From IMG/VR virus record IMGVR_UViG_3300031994_000010, positions 64,001 through 128,000 of that record: a stretch of 64,000 nt of DNA; one strand, 5' to 3'. This DNA is from a virus. Taxonomy: Duplodnaviria; Caudoviricetes. Made by a program: the position numbers and the translations under genes. The first letter of the stretch is position 1, and each line of letters opens with the position of its first letter. Below are positions 9,782-20,904 of the stretch, one piece after another. The notes beneath the pieces were generated by a model. That model saw only the letters and a program-made list of their open reading frames with translations, ran no database searches and was not told where the DNA came from.

Positions 9782-10470
9782 ACTTCTAAATATAAAGGTT
9801 CAAATACTTTATTATATTGCTCATTTAATAATGACACACAAGCAGTCTGTGTCCCTGTATAATCTATCAGATTATGGTCACAAGTGTGAAGATGTCCAAA
9901 GAAATGGTATTTAGGATGTTTACTTTTTAATACTTCAGCTAATTCTGGATTACCAATATGAGAACCATCTGCCCACCACACTGATTCATCAAGAACTACA
10001 TCACTTCTACCATAAGCAGCATCATGAGTAATTAGAAAATCTAAATTATCCGGAATCTTCTCGAATTGTGTAAGTTCATACTCTGGGCTTTCCATAAATG
10101 CCCAATTTCCAAATATATGACAAAGTGGAGAGCCCCATATTGTATATATTTTACCAGATTCTTCATCTAAATATTCAGCACCTTCATTATAAAGAATAGT
10201 AATTCTAGTTCCAAGTAGAGCTTCTTTGACTTCTTTTTCTAATTTTTCCAAAATAAAATCGTGATTCCCTCCAACCATATATATTTGGTCAGCAGACTGA
10301 GACTGACACCAAGGTATAAAGAATTTCTTAAACCAACTAAATGACTGAGGAATATTTCTTTGCATACGAAGTGGAACAATATCTCCACATATAAATAAAA
10401 TATCCACAGGCTCTATGGATAAATTTTCAAATTGCCCATGGATATCACTCATTGCACAAATTTTAATCAT
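9778..10470 (-). CDS. Calcineurin-like metallophosphoesterase
   Basis: SDIHG, GD, GNHD, GHLH. Confidence 0.88.
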   Translation of the reverse strand: MIKICAMSDIHGQFENLSIEPVDILFICGDIVPLRMQRNIPQSFSWFKKFFIPWCQSQSADQIYMVGGNHDFILEKLEKEVKEALLGTRITILYNEGAEYLDEESGKIYTIWGSPLCHIFGNWAFMESPEYELTQFEKIPDNLDFLITHDAAYGRSDVVLDESVWWADGSHIGNPELAEVLKSKHPKYHFFGHLHTCDHNLIDYTGTQTACVSLLNEQYNKVFEPLYLEV

Positions 10471-10705
10471 AATCTACAGTATATTTAGGTAAATTTGTAA
10501 TATAACAACATTTTTTATATTTTTTACCACTACCGCAAGGACAAAGGTCATTCATTCCTATTTTAGGAGATATTCTTCTCCAAGGAGTAGTAGCTGCTTT
10601 TATAGCATGCTGTCCTTCTGGACTATCTATATATTTGTGAAGAGCTTCAGCTTGTTCTTGTTGAATTTCTTCTTCACTCTTTAAAGGGATTTTTGATATT
10701 TGCAT
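10463..10705 (-). CDS. SEC-C motif protein
   Basis: [20 protein letters not shown]. Confidence 0.85.
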   Translation of the reverse strand: MQISKIPLKSEEEIQQEQAEALHKYIDSPEGQHAIKAATTPWRRISPKIGMNDLCPCGSGKKYKKCCYITNLPKYTVDYD

Positions 10706-11276
10706 AATCGATTCTCTTTAATATATCATTCCAACTAATTGGAGTGTAATGATTATTATCTACTCCTACATCATATTGATTTAACATTCCATATTGCATA
10801 AATCTATCAATATCTGGTCCTGAACTAAAGGGACCAGAATGAATATGTCCAAATAACTGGATAGATTTATCAGTTTTATATGTACCACTAAAACAAAGGA
10901 AAGGAAAATGATTTAAAAATACAGTAATATCATCTATATTAAGAGTAAGTTGTTGACAAGTATAGTCGAACAACTTATCACAGATAGATTGTTGAAGTTT
11001 TCTATCATGATTTCCTTTTATAAGAATGATATGACCATTTAATTGGGATACATATTTAATTAAATTAGTATTCCCTCCAAAAATTACATCTCCTAAATGA
11101 AATACTGTATCATCCTTTCCAACTACTGAGTTCCAGTTATCAATAAGTCCTTGATTCATTTCTTCTACTGAAGAAAATGGTCTTTTACAGTATTTAAGGA
11201 TGTTTTTATGGTCAAAATGCGAATCAGATGTGAAGAAAAGATGCTCAGCTTCTTCTTTAGTGTACTTTACTTTCAT
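10674..11276 (-). CDS. Metallophosphoesterase
   Basis: SDSHF, LGD, GNHD, GHIH, DVGVD. Confidence 0.88.
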   Translation of the reverse strand: MKVKYTKEEAEHLFFTSDSHFDHKNILKYCKRPFSSVEEMNQGLIDNWNSVVGKDDTVFHLGDVIFGGNTNLIKYVSQLNGHIILIKGNHDRKLQQSICDKLFDYTCQQLTLNIDDITVFLNHFPFLCFSGTYKTDKSIQLFGHIHSGPFSSGPDIDRFMQYGMLNQYDVGVDNNHYTPISWNDILKRIDYANIKNPFKE

Positions 11277-11584
11277 TGTCTCTTTTTAATATCTTTTAAT
11301 AAATCTATTATAGTATCTAGTCTATTGACTACTTTAATCATAAATTGACGTTCTTCTATTGTTACCATGAATCTACATCGGTTAAGTCAATCCATTCATT
11401 AGTTTTCCAAATCTTAACTTTAAATCCAATTCCTAACCCTCCTGAAAAATAAAAACAATAGTCCATACTTCCATATTGTTCATAAAGTTTATCTACTTGT
11501 TTTTGTTGCTGTTCAGTGAGAGCAAACATGAGAGTAGGGGGAAATTTCATTATTACATGTTTGGTAGTATCTACCAATTTCCAC

Positions 11585-12526
11585 TTAGTTAGCCACTTCC
11601 ACATTTTCCGTACATAATTCATTCCAAATTCCATATTTATCAGCTTCTTTTGCCATTAAACCTGTTAATTCTACCATATTAGGATGCGGAGCACCTGTTT
11701 TTCCAAAGTATCTCAAATCGAAGAAATGCCTCCAGTCTGACGCATATGCTGTATGAATTATTTCAGTAGCAGTACATAAAGGAAGAACTTCTCTTGCTTG
11801 TTGAGGCTGCCATCCCTTACTTATAAGATTCATATAATGATGTTCTGCAACATCTAAGGAATCTAACCATACGTTTAATTCTTCGGCCTGCTCTTTTGTA
11901 AAATAATCACCTGGTCTAACAGAAATCATAACTTCAAAATTTGGATCATTTTCTGGTTGTATTCTATAGTTTATTCCATCATACCAATAGGCATCACCTT
12001 CAGGTATGTTTAACCAACTAGGAATACAGAAAGTTACTTCTTTACCAAACTTATCCTTACTATAATTACAGTATCTAGTCGATTGCTCTGCGATACTATT
12101 TACGCGATGACGATTAAGTTCTCTAGTAACTCCAATAGATGTAACCACTCTAAAAGTATATCTCCTTTTGTGATATTCAGTTGGTTCACAGATATATTTT
12201 AAGTCTTTATCCCAATTATGTTCTTTGATAACACGTAAATTTGTAGTAATATATCTAAATCTTCTTATTTTAGAATACGGATTTAATAAATATTTGAAGA
12301 ATTTAAGTATATGCCACCATTTAATTATTAAATATACAGTACCATGCTCAAGCATAGCAAGATGATTTGACTTAATCATTCTATCAACAAATGGTTTAGC
12401 ACTATCTTCTGTTATTTTATCCGTAGATTTGTAGCAAGTCCTGCCTGCTAGCTCAATTTGTTTATAAACTCCTTCTAAGCCAGGCTGCTGTAGAAGGAGT
12501 TCTGCTTTTGGTTTAATTAGTTTCAT
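11585..12526 (-). CDS. thyX: FAD-dependent thymidylate synthase
   Basis: HLAMLEH, RELNRHR..S..EQSTRY, AREVLP, HFFDLR. Confidence 0.92.
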   Translation of the reverse strand: MKLIKPKAELLLQQPGLEGVYKQIELAGRTCYKSTDKITEDSAKPFVDRMIKSNHLAMLEHGTVYLIIKWWHILKFFKYLLNPYSKIRRFRYITTNLRVIKEHNWDKDLKYICEPTEYHKRRYTFRVVTSIGVTRELNRHRVNSIAEQSTRYCNYSKDKFGKEVTFCIPSWLNIPEGDAYWYDGINYRIQPENDPNFEVMISVRPGDYFTKEQAEELNVWLDSLDVAEHHYMNLISKGWQPQQAREVLPLCTATEIIHTAYASDWRHFFDLRYFGKTGAPHPNMVELTGLMAKEADKYGIWNELCTENVEVAN

Positions 12527-12813
12527 CTTCTAACTTTATTTTTAATCCCCCTAATACAAAACTTCCACTGACTGTATATAGTTTATCAGTAGAAGATTTC
12601 CAAGTTATCAAAAAATTTAGTTCCCAACCATTGGTCTCCATAAAATCTTCTTCTTCCCAACCTCTTTCTTCTAAAACTTTTCTTAATAAAGAGTAAGGAA
12701 CAAAATCTCCAAAATTAAATCCAATTAGTTTATTATTTTCCAAATCTGCTATAACGTTCATTACACCACACCAAGTATAATGCTTTCCATTATGCAAATC
12801 TGTTTCTATAAAT

Positions 12814-13245
12814 TTATTCATGTATATTTTCTTTAACTGTTTCTGCAATAAGTTTACCGTCTGCTGTTGGATAAATTTCTTTAATAGATTTAATTACTTT
12901 ACCCATTTCTTTCTGAATAAATCCATTAGGATATAACCCATAAATAGTATTTTGAATATCTTCTTTAGAAATCTCTGGAGGAAGTAACTCTTTAAGATAT
13001 TTATTTTGTTCTCTATACATATCTGCTAACTCTTTTCTAGAATTAGCGTCATACATAGCTATTGATTCTTCTCTTTGAGAAATTAATTTTCTGATAATTT
13101 TTATTTCTGTAGCTTCATCAATAGTAGATGGAGCATTTTTACCTGTAGCAATTAAAAGTAACTCTGATTTGATTGCTCTATAAGCCTCTTTCTTAGCACC
13201 ATTCTTCTCTAGAATAGCTTCTTTAATCAACTTGTCTATATCCAT
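12814..13245 (-). CDS. GatB/YqeY domain protein
   Basis: Helical pattern RKLISQREESIAMY..LLPP..KEMGKVI..ADGK. Confidence 0.8.
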   Translation of the reverse strand: MDIDKLIKEAILEKNGAKKEAYRAIKSELLLIATGKNAPSTIDEATEIKIIRKLISQREESIAMYDANSRKELADMYREQNKYLKELLPPEISKEDIQNTIYGLYPNGFIQKEMGKVIKSIKEIYPTADGKLIAETVKENIHE

Positions 13246-13941
13246 CTCTAAACAAATTAAATATTTTTAATTTAGATTCATCATCTTCATAAATTACATT
13301 ATCAGTTTCTGTTATAAGCATTGGTTTAATACCATATGCCATGCCATCATCTTCAAAAGTCATAGGATAAGAATCAAGTAATTCTAAATTTTCTATTATA
13401 AATTCTCCAGGAGTATTTTCTATAAACCCTAGTTTATGAAGAATTTCTCGTAAAGTTAGCGCATTAATTGGCCAACCTTGAAAATCAATTCCTATTTGTT
13501 TCATTTTTCTATAATTTCAATAGATTCAATATCTACTTGATCGGTAGTATCATAATCACTGTATTCTAAATTACCATAACCTGATTCTACTAATTCCTGT
13601 GCTTCTTCTTCAGAATCAGCTTCTACTGTGTAGCAGCAATTATACCAATACAATTCATGTGTTCTTACTCTGTACTTCATAGTTTTCTTTAATATATTTT
13701 ATAAGAGAGTCTAAATCTTCTTTATTAAACTCTATATAATCAGGATCTTTATCTAAAGCAAGCCAGAGATAATTTAAAATAGCATTTTCAATAGATTCAT
13801 CTTTTATGTCATTAAGTGATAATTCATCAAGTAAATCATCAACATCTACTTCCCAAGTACCTTCTCCTTTTAAATACCAAATTGAATAAGTACGAAGAAA
13901 ATATTCCTGATTTTCCTTATATTTAAAATTTAACTCAAATA

Positions 13942-14562
13942 TCATAAACAATATAATAAAGTTGGATTATTTCTATGAACATCTATATCTGGATATTTCT
14001 CCTTAAATTGTTGAAGATTAAAAGGAATTGTTATTAAATGATAACCATTTTTAGTTGGTATATCTGCAATTATTTTAGTATCAAAGAATACGTTAATTGG
14101 GTCTATTTTAGGATCACATTTAAAGTCAATAAAGTCAGCAATAGCTCCCCAAGCAGGTTCTAAATTAGGATCATCAACATTATGGTCAATATCAACAACC
14201 CATCTAGGTTCTTCTCCTTTTATTTCTCCAGCACAAGTATTCCAAGATTTCCAAATTTTCTTAAAATCACCTTCATAAGCTCTTTGTGCAATATACTTAA
14301 TTTGAAGCATTGTAGTCTTCTTAATAGATTTCGGAGCAAGATTGATATATGCTCTTGCTCCAAATAATTTACACAAGTCTTTTATTTCTTGTTCAACATA
14401 ATCCAAACTTTCTAAACTACAAATAAAATATGATTTAAATGTTTTATTTGCAGCAGCAAGGTCTGGATGGTCTTTGCCTCTTCTTATGATTTGTAAATGA
14501 TAATAAATATCATCATTAGGAAATTTAAGAAGAGATTTTATTAGTTCAAAATTGTCAATCAT
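13942..14562 (-). CDS. Conserved phage protein with AEP/prim-pol-like motifs
   Basis: WVVDID and TKNGYHL motifs. Confidence 0.5.
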   Translation of the reverse strand: MIDNFELIKSLLKFPNDDIYYHLQIIRRGKDHPDLAAANKTFKSYFICSLESLDYVEQEIKDLCKLFGARAYINLAPKSIKKTTMLQIKYIAQRAYEGDFKKIWKSWNTCAGEIKGEEPRWVVDIDHNVDDPNLEPAWGAIADFIDFKCDPKIDPINVFFDTKIIADIPTKNGYHLITIPFNLQQFKEKYPDIDVHRNNPTLLYCL

Positions 14563-15195
14563 ACTAATTTAATAGTTGTTCCGTTCCAATAAAACTCATT
14601 TTCATTAACTTTAAAATTATGTAAATGATTTTCTAACATTTCAATAAAATCTTCTTCAAGGTCATTTTTAATTAACATAAGACATCCACCTATAGGTTTC
14701 TTTTGAATACATCTCCAGTTAATCATTAATTCTTTTAAATATTGAAGATAAACATTATCATCTATCATAATGTTCTTTTATTTTGCTATGTATAAATTCA
14801 AATAACCCTTCACTTATTTGATACTCTACAATACCTTCATCAGTATTTACAAAAGCAAAACAGTCTACATCATCTTCTTCGTATTCATGAAATACATTCT
14901 CTCTTATAAACTGGTCTAAGGCATTTTCAAGTTCTTCCTCAGTAGGATTATTTTCTTCTAGATAATCCCATAAATCATCCTCGTAAGTCCAGTCCCAAAG
15001 CTTATCATAAAATGCTTGTTCAGTAAGATTTAGAAATGGAATACATTGTTTACCTTCTATTATTACTAAATTATATTTATTCATAACTACATATTCTTAT
15101 AATACAATTACCCTGTACTTCATTTAATGCTTTATATAAATCATCATATAAATCTGAAAGTAAATCTGGATATTTTTCAATTCTTCTTACTTCTA

Positions 15196-15567
15196 TTAGC
15201 ATATTACACTATCCATTACTAAAGCAGTTACTACATCAAGATTCATCATTACTTGATAATAAACATCTATTTTTTGACATTCATTTAAATGTTTCTTCCA
15301 ATGTTCTTTCCAAGCTTCTATGTTATCTTCTTCTTTACCTCTTTCACTAGGAGAAGTAGTATACGGCCAAGGGCCTAAAACAATTTCGTATTCACATCTT
15401 GCCCACCATTGATACATTGATTCCTTCTTTACAAATTCTTTAAACTCATCAAATGTTTTTGGCTTATGTGCAGCTTTTTCATATTGAGAAACAAGATATG
15501 GAATTATATTGTAAGATTCAAATTTTTTACCATTAAAATCGTAAACAATTACATTAAAAATCTTCAT
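15196..15567 (-). CDS. Hypothetical phage protein
   Basis: ORF track, YQWWARCEYE motif. Confidence 0.6.
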   Translation of the reverse strand: MKIFNVIVYDFNGKKFESYNIIPYLVSQYEKAAHKPKTFDEFKEFVKKESMYQWWARCEYEIVLGPWPYTTSPSERGKEEDNIEAWKEHWKKHLNECQKIDVYYQVMMNLDVVTALVMDSVIC

Positions 15568-15856
15568 TTTGAGTTTTTACAGTTAATTGTCTAATTCTCT
15601 CTTTACAAATATGAATAATCTTTTCATAGTCAGAAACTCTAGAATCAGTTTCTTTTGTTCTAAGTACTCGTTTTACTATATCAGCATCCCAAGCATTTAG
15701 ATTATACTCTTGCCAAATCATCCAGGGTTGAATGAAATGTTTAGAATAATCAGAAGCTCCAATATTAAAGGAATGCTCTTCTTCTCCGAGCATTCCCAAT
15801 TCTTTAAGCTTTTGATATATATGCCAAGGAATTTGAACTTGTGGTTCTGGTTCCAT
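15554..15856 (-). CDS. DUF3310/SaV-like protein
   Basis: GASDY..H.IQPW....YNL..W...IVKRVLR.K pattern. Confidence 0.6.
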   Translation of the reverse strand: MEPEPQVQIPWHIYQKLKELGMLGEEEHSFNIGASDYSKHFIQPWMIWQEYNLNAWDADIVKRVLRTKETDSRVSDYEKIIHICKERIRQLTVKTQNEDF

Positions 15857-16968
15857 TAAAATCCTATTTTCTTAACAGTCTTTTTACTAAAATCATTTTC
15901 TTCTTGATTATATATCTCAGCTAATGTTGCTTCCTTATTTATGAGCGGTAGATTTAAACTTTCACAGACCTTATTAGCTTTATCCTTTGGAAGTTTCTTA
16001 AATTCATACTTACCTTTTAATCTTCCTTTTCTAAGAAGAGCTGAATCAATTTGATTAATATCAGTATTAAAAGTACAAATAAACTTAAGTTTCAATCCGT
16101 CTCCTAATAAGCCATCAGTAAGATTTAAAATAGTACTCATAAAAGGATTAAAAGAACTATCTCTACTCTTTAATAGAGTTTCGCAATCCTCTAAGATAAG
16201 CACGCTATTAGCACATTCATCAGTAAGATAATCTACAAAAGCAGCAGAAGTTATATTATTTAGAATACTAGAATCTAATACAAAGAATTCAGTATTACAT
16301 TCCATAATTAACTTTCTGATTGCCATAGACTTACCACATCCAGGAGTTCCATATAAAAAGAAAGCTCCAGGGGTATCTGACTCGCAAAAATCTTTTAATT
16401 CTATCCAAGGGAAATCTTCCATATAATTTAATAAAGGAATCTTTAACTCAGACGGTAGATCAAAAGTAGTATGTCCAAAACCTCCTTGATAAGCGGTAAT
16501 ATAATTAAAACATTTATTTATAGGTTCTTCATATGCTACTAAATATTGACATAATCGTTCTGCAACAGAATCATCTTTACATAATAGATTAATTGCCATA
16601 TAATTAGTATTATTTACATACCCAGGTCTAGCTAAACAAAAATCTTTACCAAAGATAATAGTATCAACAGAATTTTCTACTAAACTAGTATACATCCATT
16701 CTATTTCATTATTATCTTTTAGATTCTGTATAAAAAGTCCATTATGTAATTTAAACGTAGAAATGTTCTTTTTATTTATTTCACTAAACTTAGGAAGCCT
16801 ACTATAAGAAGCTTTTTCACTGTCTTTACTTATATAAAGAGAGTATGTGGGATACAACTTTCCAAATACTTTGTATCCCATATTCTCTACAATTAAATTA
16901 GCATTAAAGTTTCCAGCATAAGCTTCTATAGCTTCTATGTAACATTTATTTATAAAATCATTACTCAT
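15856..16968 (-). CDS. AAA+ ATPase
   Basis: GTPGCGKS Walker A, LILEDCE Walker B, DSALLRKGR. Confidence 0.88.
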   Translation of the reverse strand: MSNDFINKCYIEAIEAYAGNFNANLIVENMGYKVFGKLYPTYSLYISKDSEKASYSRLPKFSEINKKNISTFKLHNGLFIQNLKDNNEIEWMYTSLVENSVDTIIFGKDFCLARPGYVNNTNYMAINLLCKDDSVAERLCQYLVAYEEPINKCFNYITAYQGGFGHTTFDLPSELKIPLLNYMEDFPWIELKDFCESDTPGAFFLYGTPGCGKSMAIRKLIMECNTEFFVLDSSILNNITSAAFVDYLTDECANSVLILEDCETLLKSRDSSFNPFMSTILNLTDGLLGDGLKLKFICTFNTDINQIDSALLRKGRLKGKYEFKKLPKDKANKVCESLNLPLINKEATLAEIYNQEENDFSKKTVKKIGF

Positions 16969-19228
16969 GTATCCAATAGTCTCCTATAGTTATATCAGCA
17001 CTTAATAATAATCTAGTACAAAAAGGTTTGGCTCCTTGTTCCATACATTTTTGTAATACTTTAGCAGTTTCTTCAGCTATTTCTTCTGGACATTCCACAT
17101 TCCATTCATCATGTGCTTGCAAACACAACTTTACTTTGTTCTGTAAGTTATTCTTAAGAATATAATTAAAGAATAATATTCCTGCTAACTTAGAACACAT
17201 AGAACCTCTATTTTGAATTCTATAATTAATAGAAGCTTTTTCTAGTTCTGATTTTTGTCTATAATAATTTCTTACTCTAACACAAATATCAGAACTAGGA
17301 TCTAAGGCTTTCATAGCTCTATATTCTTCCCAGAATTCTCCATCTTTCATTTCTTCTTGAATTGCAGAAAGCTCATTCCAATTTTCAATAAAAGCTTTAT
17401 GCCCAGTAACAGGATTTTCTAAGATATATCCATCTCTCATAACAGCCATTCTACAATAATCCTGATAGTCTCTTACACCAGGAAAACCTTGCATATAGTT
17501 ATTATAAATGGTTTTAGCTTCCTCTGGAGAAAATCCATTATTTTGGACCAATGTGTTTGCATCACCACCATAATTAAAACAGAATTCGACTCCTTTAGCA
17601 GCTTGTCGTTCATCATGATATAATTTAGAAATATCTTCTATTTTAGTATCTCTAGGTATTTTATTTGGATATGCCATATAAGCTACTAGAGCATGCATAT
17701 CACAACATTCTCCAGGGTCATAAATATGAAGCATTGCTGGATCATTTGCTACAGATGCTAAAAGTCTAGATTCTTGTGATTGATAATCAAGACTGAGCCA
17801 TTTATTACCTTTCTCTGCAACAAAACAAGCTCTAGTAACAGCTTCTCTTGGAAGATTTTGAATATTTAACTTCTTAGAATCTTCAGATTTTCCTCCACTA
17901 CTAAGTCTTGCGGTAGCAGTTCCTAATTGATCATAATCAGGATGGATTCTTCCATCTGACATTATACCATCTAACCAATTTTGTCCATAAGTAGTACAAA
18001 CTTTTTCAGCTTTCTTATATGCTAAATAAGGTTTACTTATACTACTAACATCTTTTTGCGGTTTAATAATCTTAGCTGCGACACTCTTTTTAGGCATTTT
18101 AGTCTTCTTATCTACTGTATCAAGATTAAAACCTAGCAATTCAAATAGTGGAATTAATTGTGCTGAACTAGACCAATTAATAGCACATTGTGGGTCTGGA
18201 TTAAATCCAAAAAACAAATCTCCTTGTAACTCTCTATATATATAGGAATAAAACCTATTTCTCATAACATATCCAAATGGAACTTTATAGGTAGCAACAT
18301 TATATAAAATTCTTTCTCCGTCTTCATCGAATTCAGTTTCTGTCCTGCCAGAAATCATTTCTGAACCTTTTGGTAAATTTGGAGAAATATCTACATATTT
18401 GCCTTTATAGTTTTTTCCTACTCTTATATCTAGAGTTATATATTGTAGATTATTATTACTATGTTCAGACCAAAAGTTAAGTATCCAATCATTTAATTCT
18501 TTCAGATACTTTTCCATATTTTCTTGGTCGTTTTTCATTTTGGCTTTCCACTTGTCAACATCTAACTTAACTCCGCAAAACTTCATATAAGTTAGACATT
18601 TTACAAACTCATTTTCAAACCTAGCAGCTTTAAGAAGATCTTTCTCTTCTAATAGTTTGAGTTGAGCTTGATAAACTGGAATTTCATAAGCTACATCTCT
18701 CCCACTATATTGAATTACTTCAGGAGTTAATCCTACTTTAATAATTTGACCTCTAATTGTTTTATCAAGTTCTACGTTACAATATCTTTTAACAGCCGTT
18801 TTTAATGCCCAAGGAGTATAATCAGCACCAAGGTCATTGATACATTTAGCCAGTAATGACTTATAATCAATACCTAAATACATCAATTTTTCTTGTAACA
18901 TTAAATCAATAATCTTTCTTGGCCAAATATCATTATGATATAAGAATAATCCATCAAATAAATAATTCCAGAACAACAAAGTTTTAGTTTCTAATATTTC
19001 TTTTAATAAAGAAATTTGAACAGTAGTACAATCCCAGACTATTTGCCATTCTTCATTACCTAATTGAATAGTAAGAAGTTTTTTAGTTAACCAATCAAAT
19101 CCCTCAGTTTCAGTATCAGCGGCAAGTATATCTTCATTACTAAGCATTTTTAATGCTTTATCTACAGGTAATTCTTCATATAAATCACTTTCAAACAAAG
19201 ATTTTTGATTACTTACAAGATAAATCAT
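16961..19228 (-). CDS. polA: Family A DNA polymerase with 3'-5' exonuclease
   Basis: DTETEG (ExoI), TARLSS, DYQSQESR (A), RQAAK..F..NYG (B), HDE (C). Confidence 0.95.
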   Translation of the reverse strand: MIYLVSNQKSLFESDLYEELPVDKALKMLSNEDILAADTETEGFDWLTKKLLTIQLGNEEWQIVWDCTTVQISLLKEILETKTLLFWNYLFDGLFLYHNDIWPRKIIDLMLQEKLMYLGIDYKSLLAKCINDLGADYTPWALKTAVKRYCNVELDKTIRGQIIKVGLTPEVIQYSGRDVAYEIPVYQAQLKLLEEKDLLKAARFENEFVKCLTYMKFCGVKLDVDKWKAKMKNDQENMEKYLKELNDWILNFWSEHSNNNLQYITLDIRVGKNYKGKYVDISPNLPKGSEMISGRTETEFDEDGERILYNVATYKVPFGYVMRNRFYSYIYRELQGDLFFGFNPDPQCAINWSSSAQLIPLFELLGFNLDTVDKKTKMPKKSVAAKIIKPQKDVSSISKPYLAYKKAEKVCTTYGQNWLDGIMSDGRIHPDYDQLGTATARLSSGGKSEDSKKLNIQNLPREAVTRACFVAEKGNKWLSLDYQSQESRLLASVANDPAMLHIYDPGECCDMHALVAYMAYPNKIPRDTKIEDISKLYHDERQAAKGVEFCFNYGGDANTLVQNNGFSPEEAKTIYNNYMQGFPGVRDYQDYCRMAVMRDGYILENPVTGHKAFIENWNELSAIQEEMKDGEFWEEYRAMKALDPSSDICVRVRNYYRQKSELEKASINYRIQNRGSMCSKLAGILFFNYILKNNLQNKVKLCLQAHDEWNVECPEEIAEETAKVLQKCMEQGAKPFCTRLLLSADITIGDYWIHE

Positions 19229-19358
19229 TGATAATTACACTCTGGGTCGTAGGGGTCTACAGTACAATCTAAATCATTACAATAATTACGAATACTTCCG
19301 TCTTTTCTTTTCTCTTCTCGAAAATATCCACAATAATAACAATTACTACACCTCATAA

Positions 19359-20312
19359 TTAAAATTTTCCTTCGTTAGGTTGTAAAACAGTTAATCCTAA
19401 ATCTCTATACATTTTAACTACCTTTTGAGAATCTTCTAAAACAAAATCTACAAAGTACTTATCTTTAACTTCATTTTCATAGAGTATTCGTTTTATTTCT
19501 TCTCCTTTTGTATAGTTACCGAAAGGCCTCATTAATAACTTACTATATGGAATTTCATATTTATTTAACCAGGCTTCAGTTCCAGTTCTACAGGATTCAT
19601 CTCTACCAGTTATAATAATTACATTATTATTAAACTTATAGGGATTTGTTCCGTAGTTTGGATTAGCGTATTGTTTAACTAAATTAACAATAGGCATATT
19701 TGGAGTATCATTAATTAGTTGTTCATTAACTCCATTTCCCCAAAATTCTCTTTCTTGTGTATTAAAACATAAAGTAGCATCCATATCGACGATTATGCAA
19801 TGCGGTAAAGAAGAATCTTGTACAACTTGGTTAGACAACATATTTTGTATAGAGTTTTGAATGATGTAGGTTCTATATCTCTTCCATTGTTGTCTAATTA
19901 CTTTCTCTCCAATAGGATTTTCTCTTTTAGAATCTCGTTCAATACAGACTTCTACAGGAGTATCAAATAATTTATATTTAAGTTGATATAAGTTAACACT
20001 TTCACTGTCATCTGAAGAATTATTCTCTTTAATAAGTTTCTTATATTCTTCTTGATGCTTGGGATTAAGATTAGACATATTATCTATAACTATATCGTAA
20101 CCCATATACATAGCTTGAGCAAGAGCATAGTCAAACATATCTTTTACCAACTGTTCTCGTTTATCGGGAACCCAATATTTACCCAACATACATCTAATGT
20201 CATCGTAATTTAATCTTATACGATGCTCTGGATCTTCTTCTGCCCATTGTTTAGACCAATAGGTTTTACCGCTTCCACTAATCCCCAGTGCTAGTATTAT
20301 TTCTTTCATCAT
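19359..20312 (-). CDS. Polynucleotide 5'-kinase/3'-phosphatase (T4 PseT-like)
   Basis: GISGSGKT + HAD domain DMDATL, TGR, ED. Confidence 0.88.
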   Translation of the reverse strand: MMKEIILALGISGSGKTYWSKQWAEEDPEHRIRLNYDDIRCMLGKYWVPDKREQLVKDMFDYALAQAMYMGYDIVIDNMSNLNPKHQEEYKKLIKENNSSDDSESVNLYQLKYKLFDTPVEVCIERDSKRENPIGEKVIRQQWKRYRTYIIQNSIQNMLSNQVVQDSSLPHCIIVDMDATLCFNTQEREFWGNGVNEQLINDTPNMPIVNLVKQYANPNYGTNPYKFNNNVIIITGRDESCRTGTEAWLNKYEIPYSKLLMRPFGNYTKGEEIKRILYENEVKDKYFVDFVLEDSQKVVKMYRDLGLTVLQPNEGKF

Positions 20313-20904
20313 AAATTATATCAGGTTCACATCCTTCTGGAAAATAATCTTTTAATTCTGTTTCTTCTATTTCTTCGATACTCACTGTACAATCTCCGTC
20401 CCAATTTTCTCTAGCCTCGTCCCAAGCTTCTTGTTCTTCTTCTTCAGAATCAAACTCTTCATCCTCAATGTAAAGAAGATGACTCCAATTAACCCATAAA
20501 TCTTCAATTATCTCATCATAAACACCTGAATCAATTAACGCTTGTTCAGGGTTTTCTTCTGAATAGGCACCATAATATTCTTCAGTTCCACAAAATGGGG
20601 AACTAGCAGTAATTAACCAACATTTCATTTTCCAAAGTCCTTAAAAACATTATTCAATTCTACATTAATAGGAGTATAAGAACTATATGAAACAGATTTG
20701 ACTACTTTAGACATTCTTTCAACATAATCTGAATCAATAATTTCTTTAGCTTTAGTTTTCTTATCTAATTTATATGGAATATAATAATTATTAAATTCGT
20801 GATTTATGAAAAGTTCTTTCAAAGTTCTCCATCCATACCAATGTTTAAGTTGTGGATAATACCAGTGATTACCGTTACCATCCACAACTTCTTTAATTCT
20901 ATAT

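Noticed and set aside
16961-19228. Intein/intron in PolA or modified-base polymerase (motif B KGVEFCFNYG)
   Set aside because: Frame is continuous with no splicing motifs; motif variation alone is insufficient evidence.
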